DNA from: Schmidtea nova
Lineage: Eukaryota
Length of the DNA: 64,000 nt
Direction: 5' to 3'
NCBI GenBank assembly: GCA_044892505.1
Contig: CM097882.1
Location: 76,136,001-76,200,000 of the forward strand
The first letter of the stretch is position 1, and every line of letters starts with the position of its first letter. A program made the position numbers and the translations under genes. Shown here in pieces: positions 47,495-59,448 of the stretch. A model generated the notes under the pieces. That model ran no database searches, was not told the origin of the DNA, and saw only the letters and a list, made by a program, of their open reading frames with translations.

Positions 47495-50400
47495 CATATT
47501 TTAAGCGAGTTAATTGATTGATTAAAACAGTCAGTTTTACTTTCAATTCTATTTTCATTCCTATTTCTGTTATTTTTACGATATTTTAATGGTGAGTTTT
47601 TCTATAATTTTTAATAAATTATTATCTTTATTTTGATACTAGTTTTATTCTCTGATCATGCTTTTTTATTATAAATAATTTTTCCAATTCAATTGTCGTG
47701 CGGTCTTTCGTATGTAAATTTGACCTACACTTAAATTGTGTGCTCTCTTTTGAGATGCATCTTTTTCTTCGTTTCTCCATAACTCGACCGACTTATGAAA
47801 AGCGGTTCGTATGACTACTATTTATACTTTAATATCCTTTTTCATGATATTTTCTGTTTAATTTTCTTATGTGTTACTGTGTGATTTTAATTTTTTGACG
47901 TATTAAAACAAAATCCGAACCTCAATTCCACCAGCACAACAGTTAGATTATATCTGGAAAGTCAGTATCGAATTCTGACTCCTCATACCTTCAATTTAAA
48001 TTAATTAACGACACTCACAATACATATTTTTAATACTGAAAACAATTCTCAACAATATTGTCACAACATTTGTGAATTTGTTCTGCACTTTACTCTTGAT
48101 ATTTTTGATTGATTTCCTTATCAAAATTTACACAATTCTTTATAAACTTTTGATTTATAATTCCTTGACCATCTAGAAATTTCTCCACAAATGCCTCTGA
48201 TTTTATAGAGTTCTCTAAAAAAATAAAATGATTAAATTAGAAATTTTCAGGAACTTTCATGAAAATAATCTAATGATCAAGAAAACTTTTGATCATTGCT
48301 TTTTCGCCGTTGCATTTGCCTAAAATAATTTTATTTATTTCTTGTGCTGTCTACAGCCGCAAAGGCCGCCATATCCACAAAGCAACTCAATATATTTATT
48401 AATTTTGTTTACTGCTCGAGTTTTCCAATTAGCCAATTAAGTTCATTTATTATTTTCAATTAATTTGTTTTTCTTAAAATCTTTTTCTGGGGACACACCA
48501 TTGATTTTTCATTATTACTTTCTTATTCGTCCAACTATTTGCAATTCGCTTATATCTGTTTCCTCACAAAATATTGATTTTAATTTTTAAAACTTTTTAA
48601 TTAACTTTTTGTATTTGAATTATTACTATGACTTTTAATAAATTTTGCCTTTTTTTATCGATTTGCAAAGTTTTCTTTGCATTTTTCTTTATTTTTCACC
48701 AATTTGATTTCTGGTCAAATTAGCATGTGAAATATCGCAAAGAAATTAATGAAGAAATTTCATATGTCGTGTTAATTGTAACCAGACAACTCAAAACAAG
48801 ACGATTGATCGCCCTACCATTTCATTTCATAGGCACTTCATCATAACGTTAATTTATTAACAATTTTAAAATATATTTTCAATCTTTTTATGATATTTAA
48901 AGCATTATTTTAGTATATTTGCACCAACATGCTTTGAATCTTTTTTCATCTTAATTAGGACAATGTTGGAATTTTGAATTTTAGAGGCAAGAATCATGGG
49001 AGTTTTCTAAAGGCTGTGCAAAGACATTTTCTTCCTTTGGCATTATGAAGGTCTTGAAGTTGCTGACTTTGCAATAAGTATGTTTTACTTTCCAGGTTAC
49101 TTCACCAGTTGCCTTATTTTCTCACAATTTAATATATTCATTGCTTTGCTAAGTTAAGGCCAGTTCCCTCTCTGATTTCTTGAAAGTTCTTTGTTAACGG
49201 TAGACTTCAAAATTTGCAATATATTTCAAAATTTTATTTTTCACAAAAATTAATTTCATCATTATCTTGTGGACTTTCATTTGATCTTGTCAAATACACA
49301 CTCGATCAGGCTGTGCCTAAATATTGAGTAACGATAGTGTTGGGGTTTGGCAGAAGTGACTCAAAAGTAAAGTGAAAATTTAAAAAATTAAGTAGAAATT
49401 AATAAAAACACAAAAAACTACAAATTAATTAAAATACAAAAAAATAAATAAGAAAATTAAGAAAATTAAAAATCAACATATGGCGGGGGAAATTGGTATG
49501 GGTGTATGACGATTGATGAGACGAATTCAAATATATAAAAATAAAATCGATGGGTGGTTCCCAGAAAGAAATAGTTATATAATTAAAATATTAATTAAGA
49601 ATTAATTGGCTAATGGAAAGCCCGAGCTAACGTAAAACCCAAGCCAATGGAGAACCCGAGCGATGAGGAAAACCCGAACCAATGGAGAACCCGAGCGATG
49701 AGGGAAACCTGAGGTGACATGTTAATTGCCTTGAAAATTAATGTTCCCGGCAGAAGGCAAATGGCAATTAGCATTAAATTGCCTCAGAAAATAAATTTGA
49801 ATTTCGAGAATAAAAAAGGGACGTTTTAATAGCCTTTAACGGGCAATTTACCATTTGAAAAACAAATAAATCAACTCTCAAAATTTCATATAAAAAGAGA
49901 GGCAGAATCAGCAAAAACCGCCAGTTACGGTCGAAGCGTGAAAATTGAAAAGAACTACTAGGTCAGTGAAATTTTAATTTGAATTCATTTGCTAGTACGC
50001 GCACCAGAAAGGGACATCTGCCGTTGGGAGATATATCTCTGCGTCTTTCAGAGAATACTGAAAAGCTGTTAAATAAATTGTTAAGAAAATTGTGTATTAG
50101 ATTGATTATTAATAAAAGTTACTGTGTTGGGTCTTGTTCATTGATTTTACTAAGAACACTGAGGAGTCAGATAAACACCGACTTAACCAACAAATACCCA
50201 ACAATAGTAAAATAGTAAAATATGCCGAAAATGCTGCTTTCGATTTTCCATCTTTGATAGGGCACAAACAAAAACTATTACAAAGAATCAAACCAAATTT
50301 TTAACAAACAAACCTTACTATATCAGCTGTCAAAAGTGTGTACACACTTGATAAAGGCTGTGCCGAAATATTGGGTATTTATTTAAAGAAATTTTGATAT

Positions 50401-51510
50401 GTAGTCATCCAATATGGGAATTATTGATATTAATATTAAAAAAACATCAAAGGTGAAACAAAAAGATAATTATGATGTTATAATTAGTTGAATAATTTTA
50501 AATAAAAGAGAAATTTTGGGTGGTTGGATCAACGTTGATTGGTTGAAATCCCACTCAGAAAAGTACATAAGTAAACAAAAAACACAACTTAAATTAACTG
50601 TTTCTACTCATTGCAATGAATCCTTAACTATTTAGCTATTTTATTTGTAAAGAACTCAACTCTTTTATATTGTGAAACTTTATCAAACAGCCGATTTCAA
50701 TTTTGCTAATACGGAATCGTTGACCAATAGTTACTTTTAATTTATTGGAAATAAAATCGTAATTGTTTGATTAACTTAATCGCGTTAAGGGTGAAACTCC
50801 GGCTGCTCTCCGAGTAATTGTAGTTTCCTCTTCGGATTGAAATTGTCTCGGGTCGATGTCCTGGTAAAATAGAGACAATTGAGAATAATCATTTTTCGAA
50901 AATCAATATTCTAGTTGAAACCTTAAAGGTTTTTTAACTTTTTAAACAAGTGTTTTAGTAGTTATTATTATTATTATCAATAATAAATAATCACAATAAA
51001 ATACACTAAATCAGTTTTAAATCAACACACTGTTTGGCTCGTAGAATCTTAAATATATTTAGTTTAAATAGACCAACAATTAAATGAACACAAAAAGAAA
51101 CGAATTGAAAGCGCAGGATAGAGAATTAGGCAGTAAAATAACACAAAAGATTATAAAATACTAAAGTGCAAATAGTAGTCATACGAACCGCATTTCATAA
51201 GTCGATCGAGATAAGGATTAAACGATAGAAAAGAGACATCTCATAAGAGAGCCCACAATTTTAGTACAGGTCGGATTTGCATACAAAAGACCGAACGAGA
51301 ATTGAATTGGGAAGATCATTGCTTGTATAATGAATACGTAAAGCATGATCCAAGATTAAAATCGGTACTAGATTAAAAAGAACAATTTATTAAAAATTTT
51401 AGATGAAATCCCCATACAAATATCATAAAAATAACAGAGATAGGAATGAAAATATAATTGAAATTAAATTTGATTGTTTTAATCCATCAATTAACGCGTG
51501 CAAAAAAATT
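47495..51510. repeat. Diverged ~400-nt inverted repeat pair (~47495..47900 and ~51100..51510)
   Basis: e.g. CGACTTATGAAAAGCGGTTCGTATGACTACTATTT versus AAATAGTAGTCATACGAACCGCATTTCATAAGTCG. Confidence 0.75.
49338..50203 (+). mobile_element. Solo LTR
   Basis: TGTTG...CCCAACA termini, 4-bp TSD ATAG, internal polyA-like signal. Confidence 0.85.
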
Positions 51511-51634
51511 GGTACACACATCATATAATAGAATTAAAAATAAATATTAAGAAAATAAATTAAATAAATTATAAAATTAAATTTACGGAAGTTAAATAAT
51601 AAAATAAATATATAAATTAAATTATTCATATTTT

Positions 51635-52691
51635 TGTTGAGGATACCTAAATAATAATTTACTAATAAATAAATAAAATTACCTGGGGGAAAATCGTCAT
51701 GACGAATGAGATGGCTAATGGGAAGTCAGAAAAGAAAACGGAAATAAAAAGAAATGAGGAAGAGGAATCAGACAAAAGAAATCAGACAGGAAAATAAAAA
51801 CAAAGGTCAGCACTAATTAATTAGTGCAAACAGGAAAAAATTTGAAAACTGGGAAAAACAAAAAACAGCAACAAGAATTTTATCTCGACAACCGGTCAGA
51901 GATAAAGTGGGCAAAAAATCAAACAAGCCGGAGCGGCAAAAAGGAAACAGAGGTTATCTTGACGGCTGTCAGAGATAACTCCGTGCTGGAAAAATGAAGG
52001 AAAAATTATGTTGGAAAAAATGGAATAACAATTCATAATATTAAGTGCTGCAAAGGGACGAGATATAAAAGGAGAGACACAGCAGAATAGATCAGAAGTT
52101 TAGACAGAAGCGAGAATTTTAGACAGCATAATTGAGAGCAGAAGTGCAGAAAGAAATTGTTACAGAAGATATTAGAGGAGTGTGAAACAAAATATTGTGA
52201 ACCGAAGTTGTGAAACAAAAGTTGTTAGAGAAATTGTGAACTGAATATTGTAAGGAGAAGGTGTGAAATAGAATAATTGAATTAGAAGTGAAGAGAACTG
52301 TACAGAAATCCAAGACAAGACTTAAAAAGAAACTCAGAGAAAATAAACAACAGGAGCTGATTCAGTTGACAATCGAATAAAGTTCCGTGTAAATCCAAGT
52401 CAAATAAAGAGAATAACCAGCACAATTTCCCATTGTTGTATTCATCAGTGGTGAGTGATAGTTCGAGCCAAGATTATACAAAGTGCTATTCTTCACCATC
52501 GTGTCGTAATAAGCACCGTGTAATCAGTTGTTGGTCTATTAATTTGGTCAATTCCGTGTTAAGAAAATAATTGTGATATTCAATAAAAGTTTACAGTGTT
52601 AATTGTTATTGGGGTCAATTAAAGGCACGCTTTGGAGTCAGATACTTGATTGGTAACTTTTACTATTTCACCAACACCTCAGAACCCAACA
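51635..52691 (+). mobile_element. Solo LTR (second family)
   Basis: TGTTGAGGATACCTAAAT...CCCAACA, flanked by TTTT on both sides. Confidence 0.85.
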
Positions 52692-52917
52692 TTTTTATTT
52701 AACAAATAGAATATGTAGGCGTCATTTAGAATTAGTATAAAAAAGCATGGAAAAATCATTATTTTAACTGTTAGCTGTCAACTACACAGAACATTTTCTT
52801 TTTAAAATTTATATCTTACCAGCCAGCACCAGTTCATTGCGTTTTGTAACACAAGTGGAACTATTCAAAAAACCACTCAAGCATGCTTTATTTTGTGTAT
52901 TTGTATCTAGATGATTT

Positions 52918-53593
52918 TGTTGAGGATACCTAAATAATCACTTAAATTTTGGCACAAATAAATAAAATGATTAGGGAAATGAACAGAATAAATGATTTTA
53001 TGTTTAGAAATACGAAAAAAGAGGTTTGAAGTAAAAAACTTGAAAAACGAGAAGACGGCAGTGAAACAAAGGAAATTCAAGAAATTTACCAAGAAAGGTC
53101 ATTTCTTATTAAAAAGTATAAAAAGACAAAAAGGAATTTGGAAATCGAAAAACAAAAATCAAGAAGAAAATTATATCTGGATAGCTTGTTAGAGATATCA
53201 GAATGATAGGAGAAAAGTCGGAACAACAATAGGGGAAAGTAAGGCATATCTCGACAGCTATCAGAGATAAGACGAGAACTGTGGAAGAAGGTGAAAATTC
53301 AAGTCAAAGCAAAGAAAACGAATATTTTGGTTACACATTGTTAAACCTAAATCAGTAGCTAGTGATATTTAGACGAGTGCTATACATGAGTGCTATTCTT
53401 CATATAATTGTCGTAATAAGCCATGTATTCTAATATTATTGATTGGTTTTAACAGTATAAATTGTGAAACTAGTTGTGATATCAATAAAAGTTCATGTTG
53501 TATTTGTTATTCTTTTGGTTAAAAGCACGCATTTAGAGTCAAATTTTGATTGGTAACTTTTAAAATTTCAATAGCAACCCAATAAACCCAACA
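52918..53593 (+). mobile_element. Solo LTR (second family, shorter)
   Basis: TGTTGAGGATACCTAAAT...CCCAACA, TSD ATTT. Confidence 0.85.
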
Positions 53594-54200
53594 ATTTCAT
53601 ATTTTGTATAATAAATAATTGAAATATCATTATTCTTTTTGCTCGTTCAAATGATTCCAGTTTAAATTGATTTTAGAAGGAGCTCTGTTCGTGCATATGT
53701 CATGAGTTCTTGATAATGAAGAAATGCTTGGGCCTTTGGACCATTTGTAATGTTCTGTGGTCACACCAATCCATTCAATCAAAGAGTGTTTTGGAGTCTT
53801 TATTATTATGTCGATGTATTTGTTGTTTCATTGTATATTTTATACACCATAATAGCTCTCGTTAGTAATGTTTGGATATTTTTTAACTGTATGTGTCCAT
53901 TTGTGTCTGTTTGAATTAATAATTACTAATTTTGATTAAATAAACTAATCTGTTCACTGATAATAATATTACATACTTTGATTAGAGATGTTATAATCAT
54001 TTAATGCCTTGTCTTATTTATATTTAATGTTGTGTAATTACCTATGTAAATATTTTTGTAATACTGAATATTTTGTTATTTTTATAAATTAAAGTATGAG
54101 TTGTAAAAAGTTGTTTAAAAAGAAATTGTTAAAATGAATAAAAGAAGTTAGCGGATACCGCACAAATAAAATATATTAGTTAACGCATTTGAATTGTCTT

Positions 54201-55352
54201 ATGAATTTTATTTATAAAATATATTTGCCAAATTCTAATTACTTTACGGTTCCAGCCAGCAATGATACAACGATGAGAGATATATTGAAAAACAAGTTGA
54301 TATTTTACAATCTTGATATTAAAAATTTGATGCTAATCAATTCTGACAACGGGGAGTTAATTAATTGGGATTCACATTCTACCTTGATTTCTAAAGTAAC
54401 CTCCCAATTAAAGTTAATTTACAGAAAAGACCTCAACGAATCTAAATTTCATTTCAGCCATAAAGTTCAAAGAAAAGTATGCTTTGATAAATCATATTGT
54501 GACCAATGTCATAAATCTGTGTTTACTGGAAGATTGTGCAAATTGAGCTATAAATTGTTTCATTACCGATGCATTTCTAGTAAAAATAAAATATGTGATC
54601 CATTCCTGCACTTTGAAAATTTGAATGTTAATGCGAAAGATGAAAACAGAATACCTAAATCTCTTAGCATATCAAACTACTCGTTAAAATCTAATTCTTT
54701 GAAATCATTTCCTTCTAAAATATTTAGAAAATTTAGTCAAAATAAAGTATCCAGTGTAAATTCTTCTCATTTATCAATGACTAATTTTCCAATTTCTAAA
54801 GTGATAAAATCCTCAAATGTGATTTTTAATATTTCTGAAGGTGAAGTCAATTCACCGAACTTTAGCAACACTGATTCAAATAAAGTTATTAATTTGAAAC
54901 GAAGTCACCCTGACAGTACAAGACAAAACATTGAAAAAACAGTAAAATCTTCATATGATGATTATTGTATCCTTGGCAATGACGATAATGATAAATATTC
55001 CAAAATACCCAAATTTACCTCATTAGGATTAATAAACAATAGCATTAAAGTGACAGGAAACTATAATATTGATAAAATCACTTACAACGTACGTTTCTTG
55101 GAGCCAAATAGATACAATGTTCTGTGTATTTTAAAAATAATTATTTCCAAATATAGTCCGGTAGTTCAAATTCAAAATGAAAGTTCAATTCACAGTTTCA
55201 ATTCCCCATACACAAATGCAGTTTACAAGCAACACAAACTTCGGCCACCGGAACACTACGAAGTATTATTGAATTTATTTGTAAAATTACTTAAAATTAA
55301 ATTCGGGGAAACAAAAATAAAATTGATGAATCGGCAACCACACCAAAAATGA
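54201..55352 (+). CDS. Raf-like N-terminal regulatory region (RBD plus C1 zinc finger); no kinase domain visible
   Basis: IYLPN...MRDIL...LINWD resembles the Raf RBD (VFLPN...LHDCL...LDWN); HKVQRKVCFDKSYCDQCHKSVFTGRLCKLSYKLFHYRC..C resembles Raf C1; Ser-rich linker follows; ATG at 54201. Confidence 0.65.
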   Translation: MNFIYKIYLPNSNYFTVPASNDTTMRDILKNKLIFYNLDIKNLMLINSDNGELINWDSHSTLISKVTSQLKLIYRKDLNESKFHFSHKVQRKVCFDKSYCDQCHKSVFTGRLCKLSYKLFHYRCISSKNKICDPFLHFENLNVNAKDENRIPKSLSISNYSLKSNSLKSFPSKIFRKFSQNKVSSVNSSHLSMTNFPISKVIKSSNVIFNISEGEVNSPNFSNTDSNKVINLKRSHPDSTRQNIEKTVKSSYDDYCILGNDDNDKYSKIPKFTSLGLINNSIKVTGNYNIDKITYNVRFLEPNRYNVLCILKIIISKYSPVVQIQNESSIHSFNSPYTNAVYKQHKLRPPEHYEVLLNLFVKLLKIKFGETKIKLMNRQPHQK

Positions 55353-55645
55353 GAATACCTTGGTGTGATTTCCGGTTCATCAAACCATTGTCTTATTAAA
55401 TTATATAAAATGGAGAGGGAAAGATAAATTAAGGGATGTTATTTGAATAGGAGTGACTAGGTGTAAATGTTAAGTAAGATGAAGTGATAGAAAGCTAAAA
55501 GTTATTAATGTGAAATGACCGTGAAATGAATATTTGCCTAAATCCTTCTATCACACATAGGCACCCGAAAGAGAGAATATAGCGAGGAGTAATTTTGGCA
55601 ACAAAGCTCACCTACTCACTAAATTCTCACCACTGTGTACATTAT

Positions 55646-56618
55646 TGTTGAGGATACCTAAATAATAAATAATATTATAAATAAATGGAATAACTTGGGG
55701 AAAACCGATAGGGTGATTGAGATAACATTCTGGAACTGATAGAAGATAACGGAAGAGTAACAAAATTGAGAAATGAGGAAGGCGTAACCAAATAAAAGAA
55801 ATTATACAATAAAGTAGAGAAAGGTTACTTGTAATTTATAAGTGCAAGAAAACAAAAGGAATTCCAAAATTTGAAAACAGAAACAAAAACGAAAACAAAA
55901 CAGGCATATCGACAGATGGCAGAGGTAACGTGGGAACTAGGAAAAAAATATGGAAAATGCCAGAAGTAGAAATGGAAAAAAACAAATTATCCCGAGTGTC
56001 GAGCTGTAAGGGGTAATATGGGAGTTGAAAAAAAGAAAATGGAAAATGCCAGAAGCAGGAAGAGGAAAAACGAATTATCATGAGTGCCAGACGATAGCGA
56101 ACTATAAAAGCGAACGTCATCTTAATTGAATCAGAAGTTAAGTGGTGATTAAAATTGGATTAGAAAAGTTGTGCGATATTTTAAAAGCAGTAGAAGATTT
56201 AAATTGAATAAGCTAAGTGATATTGCGGAGAACCGATATCGAGATAATTTAATTAAACGGTGCGACGAAATTTGGATTGAATTAAAAGGACCAGAGTATA
56301 AAGTCAAGTCAGAGTACAAGGACAATTGAAAACAATTTACCAAATTGTTGAGTCAAATCAGTGGCTAGTGATTATTAGAGTAATTGGGAATTATACACTG
56401 GGAGCTATTCCTCACGAAGTGTTGTAATAAGCTCCGTATAATTGCCTATTTGAGTGTTGAATCATTCGTGTTATTACAATTCGTTTAATCAATTGTGATA
56501 ATCAATAAAGGTTTATATTGTCTGAGAATTGTTATTTATGGATCAAATAAAGCACGCTTTGGAGTCAGAGATTTGATTGGTAACTTTCACATTTCACCAA
56601 CAACCCAATAGCCCAACA
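55646..56618 (+). mobile_element. Solo LTR (second family)
   Basis: TGTTGAGGATACCTAAAT...CCCAACA; flanks TTAT/TTAA (one mismatch). Confidence 0.8.
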
Positions 56619-57723
56619 TTAACATAGCACCAAGGAACAACTATTGGTTGATTTCTTTTGTTGATTCCATAGGCATTTTAGTACTTGTTTATTTGAATTT
56701 TGTTATTTTAGAGATAAAATAAATTATATACAACCTTCATAGACCGTTTTCGATTAATTTTATTTTGGCATCGTCATTTATCATAGGAGTAAAGTCGATA
56801 ATTAGAAACTTAGCTATCTTTTTTTATCGGCATTTTCTGTCAAATTATGCAAATTTCAAATTGATAAACTTAATTTTCCAAATAATTTATTTCAGTTTAA
56901 TGTAGATTTATGCATTAGAATTATCGGAAAATCTATGAAAACAAATATTTAAGGAATTATTAAATATTTATTACTTATTGTTATTGATTAAAATTATTGA
57001 TAGAAGTATTTCTAGTACATCATTTCCAGACTGTTAATGCTAAGAGCAGATAAAAATTAACCAAAAATAGTTTTGTGCTCATTTGTCAGTTTGTTGGGTG
57101 AGATTAGCTCAGCATGCATTTATTGTCTGTTTTCATTGTTTTCTCGTGTTTCTGACTACATGCAATTAATAAGTATTTGTATATGAATTTAAAAGTTTAC
57201 ACACTTTTCTGCTTATAATAGATTCAATTTGGAATGTAGTATAACGCATAAAACAAAATGGATTTTTGTTAAATTTTCTAATTTTTATTTCGTAATTAAT
57301 CTACGTATGGAAAAGTTTAATATAACTTAATTTCAATAAAAAATGCGAAATTTTTATATTTAAATATCAACTTTTTTTAATTGAAAATTGCATAATTTGT
57401 CAAATTTAATCAAATATTTCTTTAAAATTGTTGTACCATGTTAAATATTACAAACTTATTTTAAGCAAGTTTAACTTACCAATCTGAATTTTGGAATAAA
57501 TATTATTTTAAATGGACTTGAGTAATTAATCTTTCATAAGAATTTGGATAATTGTAAATAAAATTGAATTAATTTATATTGTACAAGCAAAACATTAATT
57601 GTAGGAGAAATATTGTTTTTGCAGTCATACAGTAATAATAATAAATATAATTAATTAAATATAATTAATAAATATATAAATATTCTCCTTACATCCCCGG
57701 TTGTTTAAAAGATCTTAGCCATT

Positions 57724-59448
57724 GGTTGTGGATAACTGAATAATAAATTTAAATATTATCATAAATAAAATGATTGGGGATAAAATTGATTGAGTAAATG
57801 TTGTAATGTTTTGGAATTCGGAGAAGATAGAATGAAAACAAAAAATTAGGAATTCAGAAGAAAATGCATAAAATTAAGGAAATTAAACAATAAAAAATAA
57901 TAAGGTACAAAAAATAACAAGTTCAAAAGAGAAAAAAAGAATTTTAAAATTGAAAACAAAAACAAGAGAAAAATTAATATCTCGACAACTTGTCAGAGAT
58001 AACAAGAATGTAAAAGGAAAATCGGAACAATAAAAAAGAATGAATGGCATATCTCGACATTTGTGACGGATAACGCAGAGGCAATGAAAAAAAAGTGTAG
58101 AGTATGCCAGAGGCACAGAAATAGGAAAAAAACATTTCTCGAGTACCAGATAATGACAAACTATAAAAGGAAGAAACCACGGGGGATGAATTAGAATTAA
58201 GATTAGAGAAACTAAAAATTATAGAGATTGGTTAAAATAAATTGTATTAGAGGAAACTGATAAAGAATTTATTGGGGTTAGTATAAAATTCACAAAAGTA
58301 ACAAGGAAAATAAATAAAAGTGCAAAAAATAATTAAAATTTATCAAAAATTAAAATTAATATTCATCGGGGGAAATGGATATGGTTGAATGCCAAATCAA
58401 AAGACGGACCCAAAAATAATAATAGAAATTTAGTAAGGGGTCCCCAGAGAAAGTTATTTAATAAAAACAAACTAATTAAAATTAATTAATGGCAATGGGA
58501 AACCCGAGACAATGGGAAGCAAGAGGCAATGGGAAACCCGAGCAATGAAGGAAGCCCGAGCGCAGAGAGACCCGAGAGATTAAAGTCGGGAGATTGCGCA
58601 GGGCAATTAGATAAAAGTAACCCTAGCACAATCACAATAATTTTTTATTAAAACAATTAAGTCCGAGATTGGGTAACTTTTAGCTATTGATAAAACTTAA
58701 TTGTTATTTGCGAGAGGTATAAAAGGCAACGCAAAGCAGAAGGAAAAAAACGGAGGGCCGACGAACTGAGAGTTAAAAACAGAAAGTATTAAAAATTACT
58801 GAAAACTAACAAACAAAGAGATCTTGAGGAATTCGAAAGAGACAAAGTGAGGAAAATATCAAATCAAATCCGAATCCGGAAGAGAGTGTAAATTGGTCAA
58901 GAGTGTACGTAACAGAAGTTGTAATTTGTGGTGATCGATAAATAAATTGTTCTGTGTTGGGTTCATTGATTTCGATAATTAAAGAGCACGAGGAGTCAGG
59001 TCAGTAAACCGATCTTTAAACAGAATAATAACCCAACAAATTTATTGAATCAAAATAGAATTGTACTATTGGAAAACGTGAAATCAAAGGAAAAATTGAG
59101 AAGATTAAATTAAACGTAGCAAAACAGGAATTATTCGAATAAGAAAGAAGTTGAAATCTATCGGGTAAATTACCAAATCAAAGCAAGAGAACAACCAGAT
59201 CTATTTACCAATTGTTGTGTAGTCAGTGATCGTTAAATTCTAGGTATTGTACACTAGTGCTATTCTTCACGAAGTGTAGTAATAAGCACTGTATAGTAAC
59301 CTGTGATGATATTGAATTAGTATTGTCATTGTAATCTGTGTAGCCATTTGTGGTAATAAATAAAGGTTTGTGGGTCAAATAAAGCGCGCTTTAAGTCAGA
59401 GAATAAATTTGTAAATTTATATTTCACTAACAATCCAATAACCCAATA
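57724..59448 (+). mobile_element. Older solo LTR of the second family, interrupted by a nested LTR
   Basis: Shares GATA-type palindromes, GTGCTATTCTTCAC and AATAAAGCGCGCTTT.AGTCAG motifs; termini degenerate, so boundaries are approximate. Confidence 0.65.
58270..59038 (+). mobile_element. Solo LTR of the 49338 family nested in the previous LTR
   Basis: TATTGGGG (TG mutated)...CCCAACA with TSD AATT. Confidence 0.8.
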
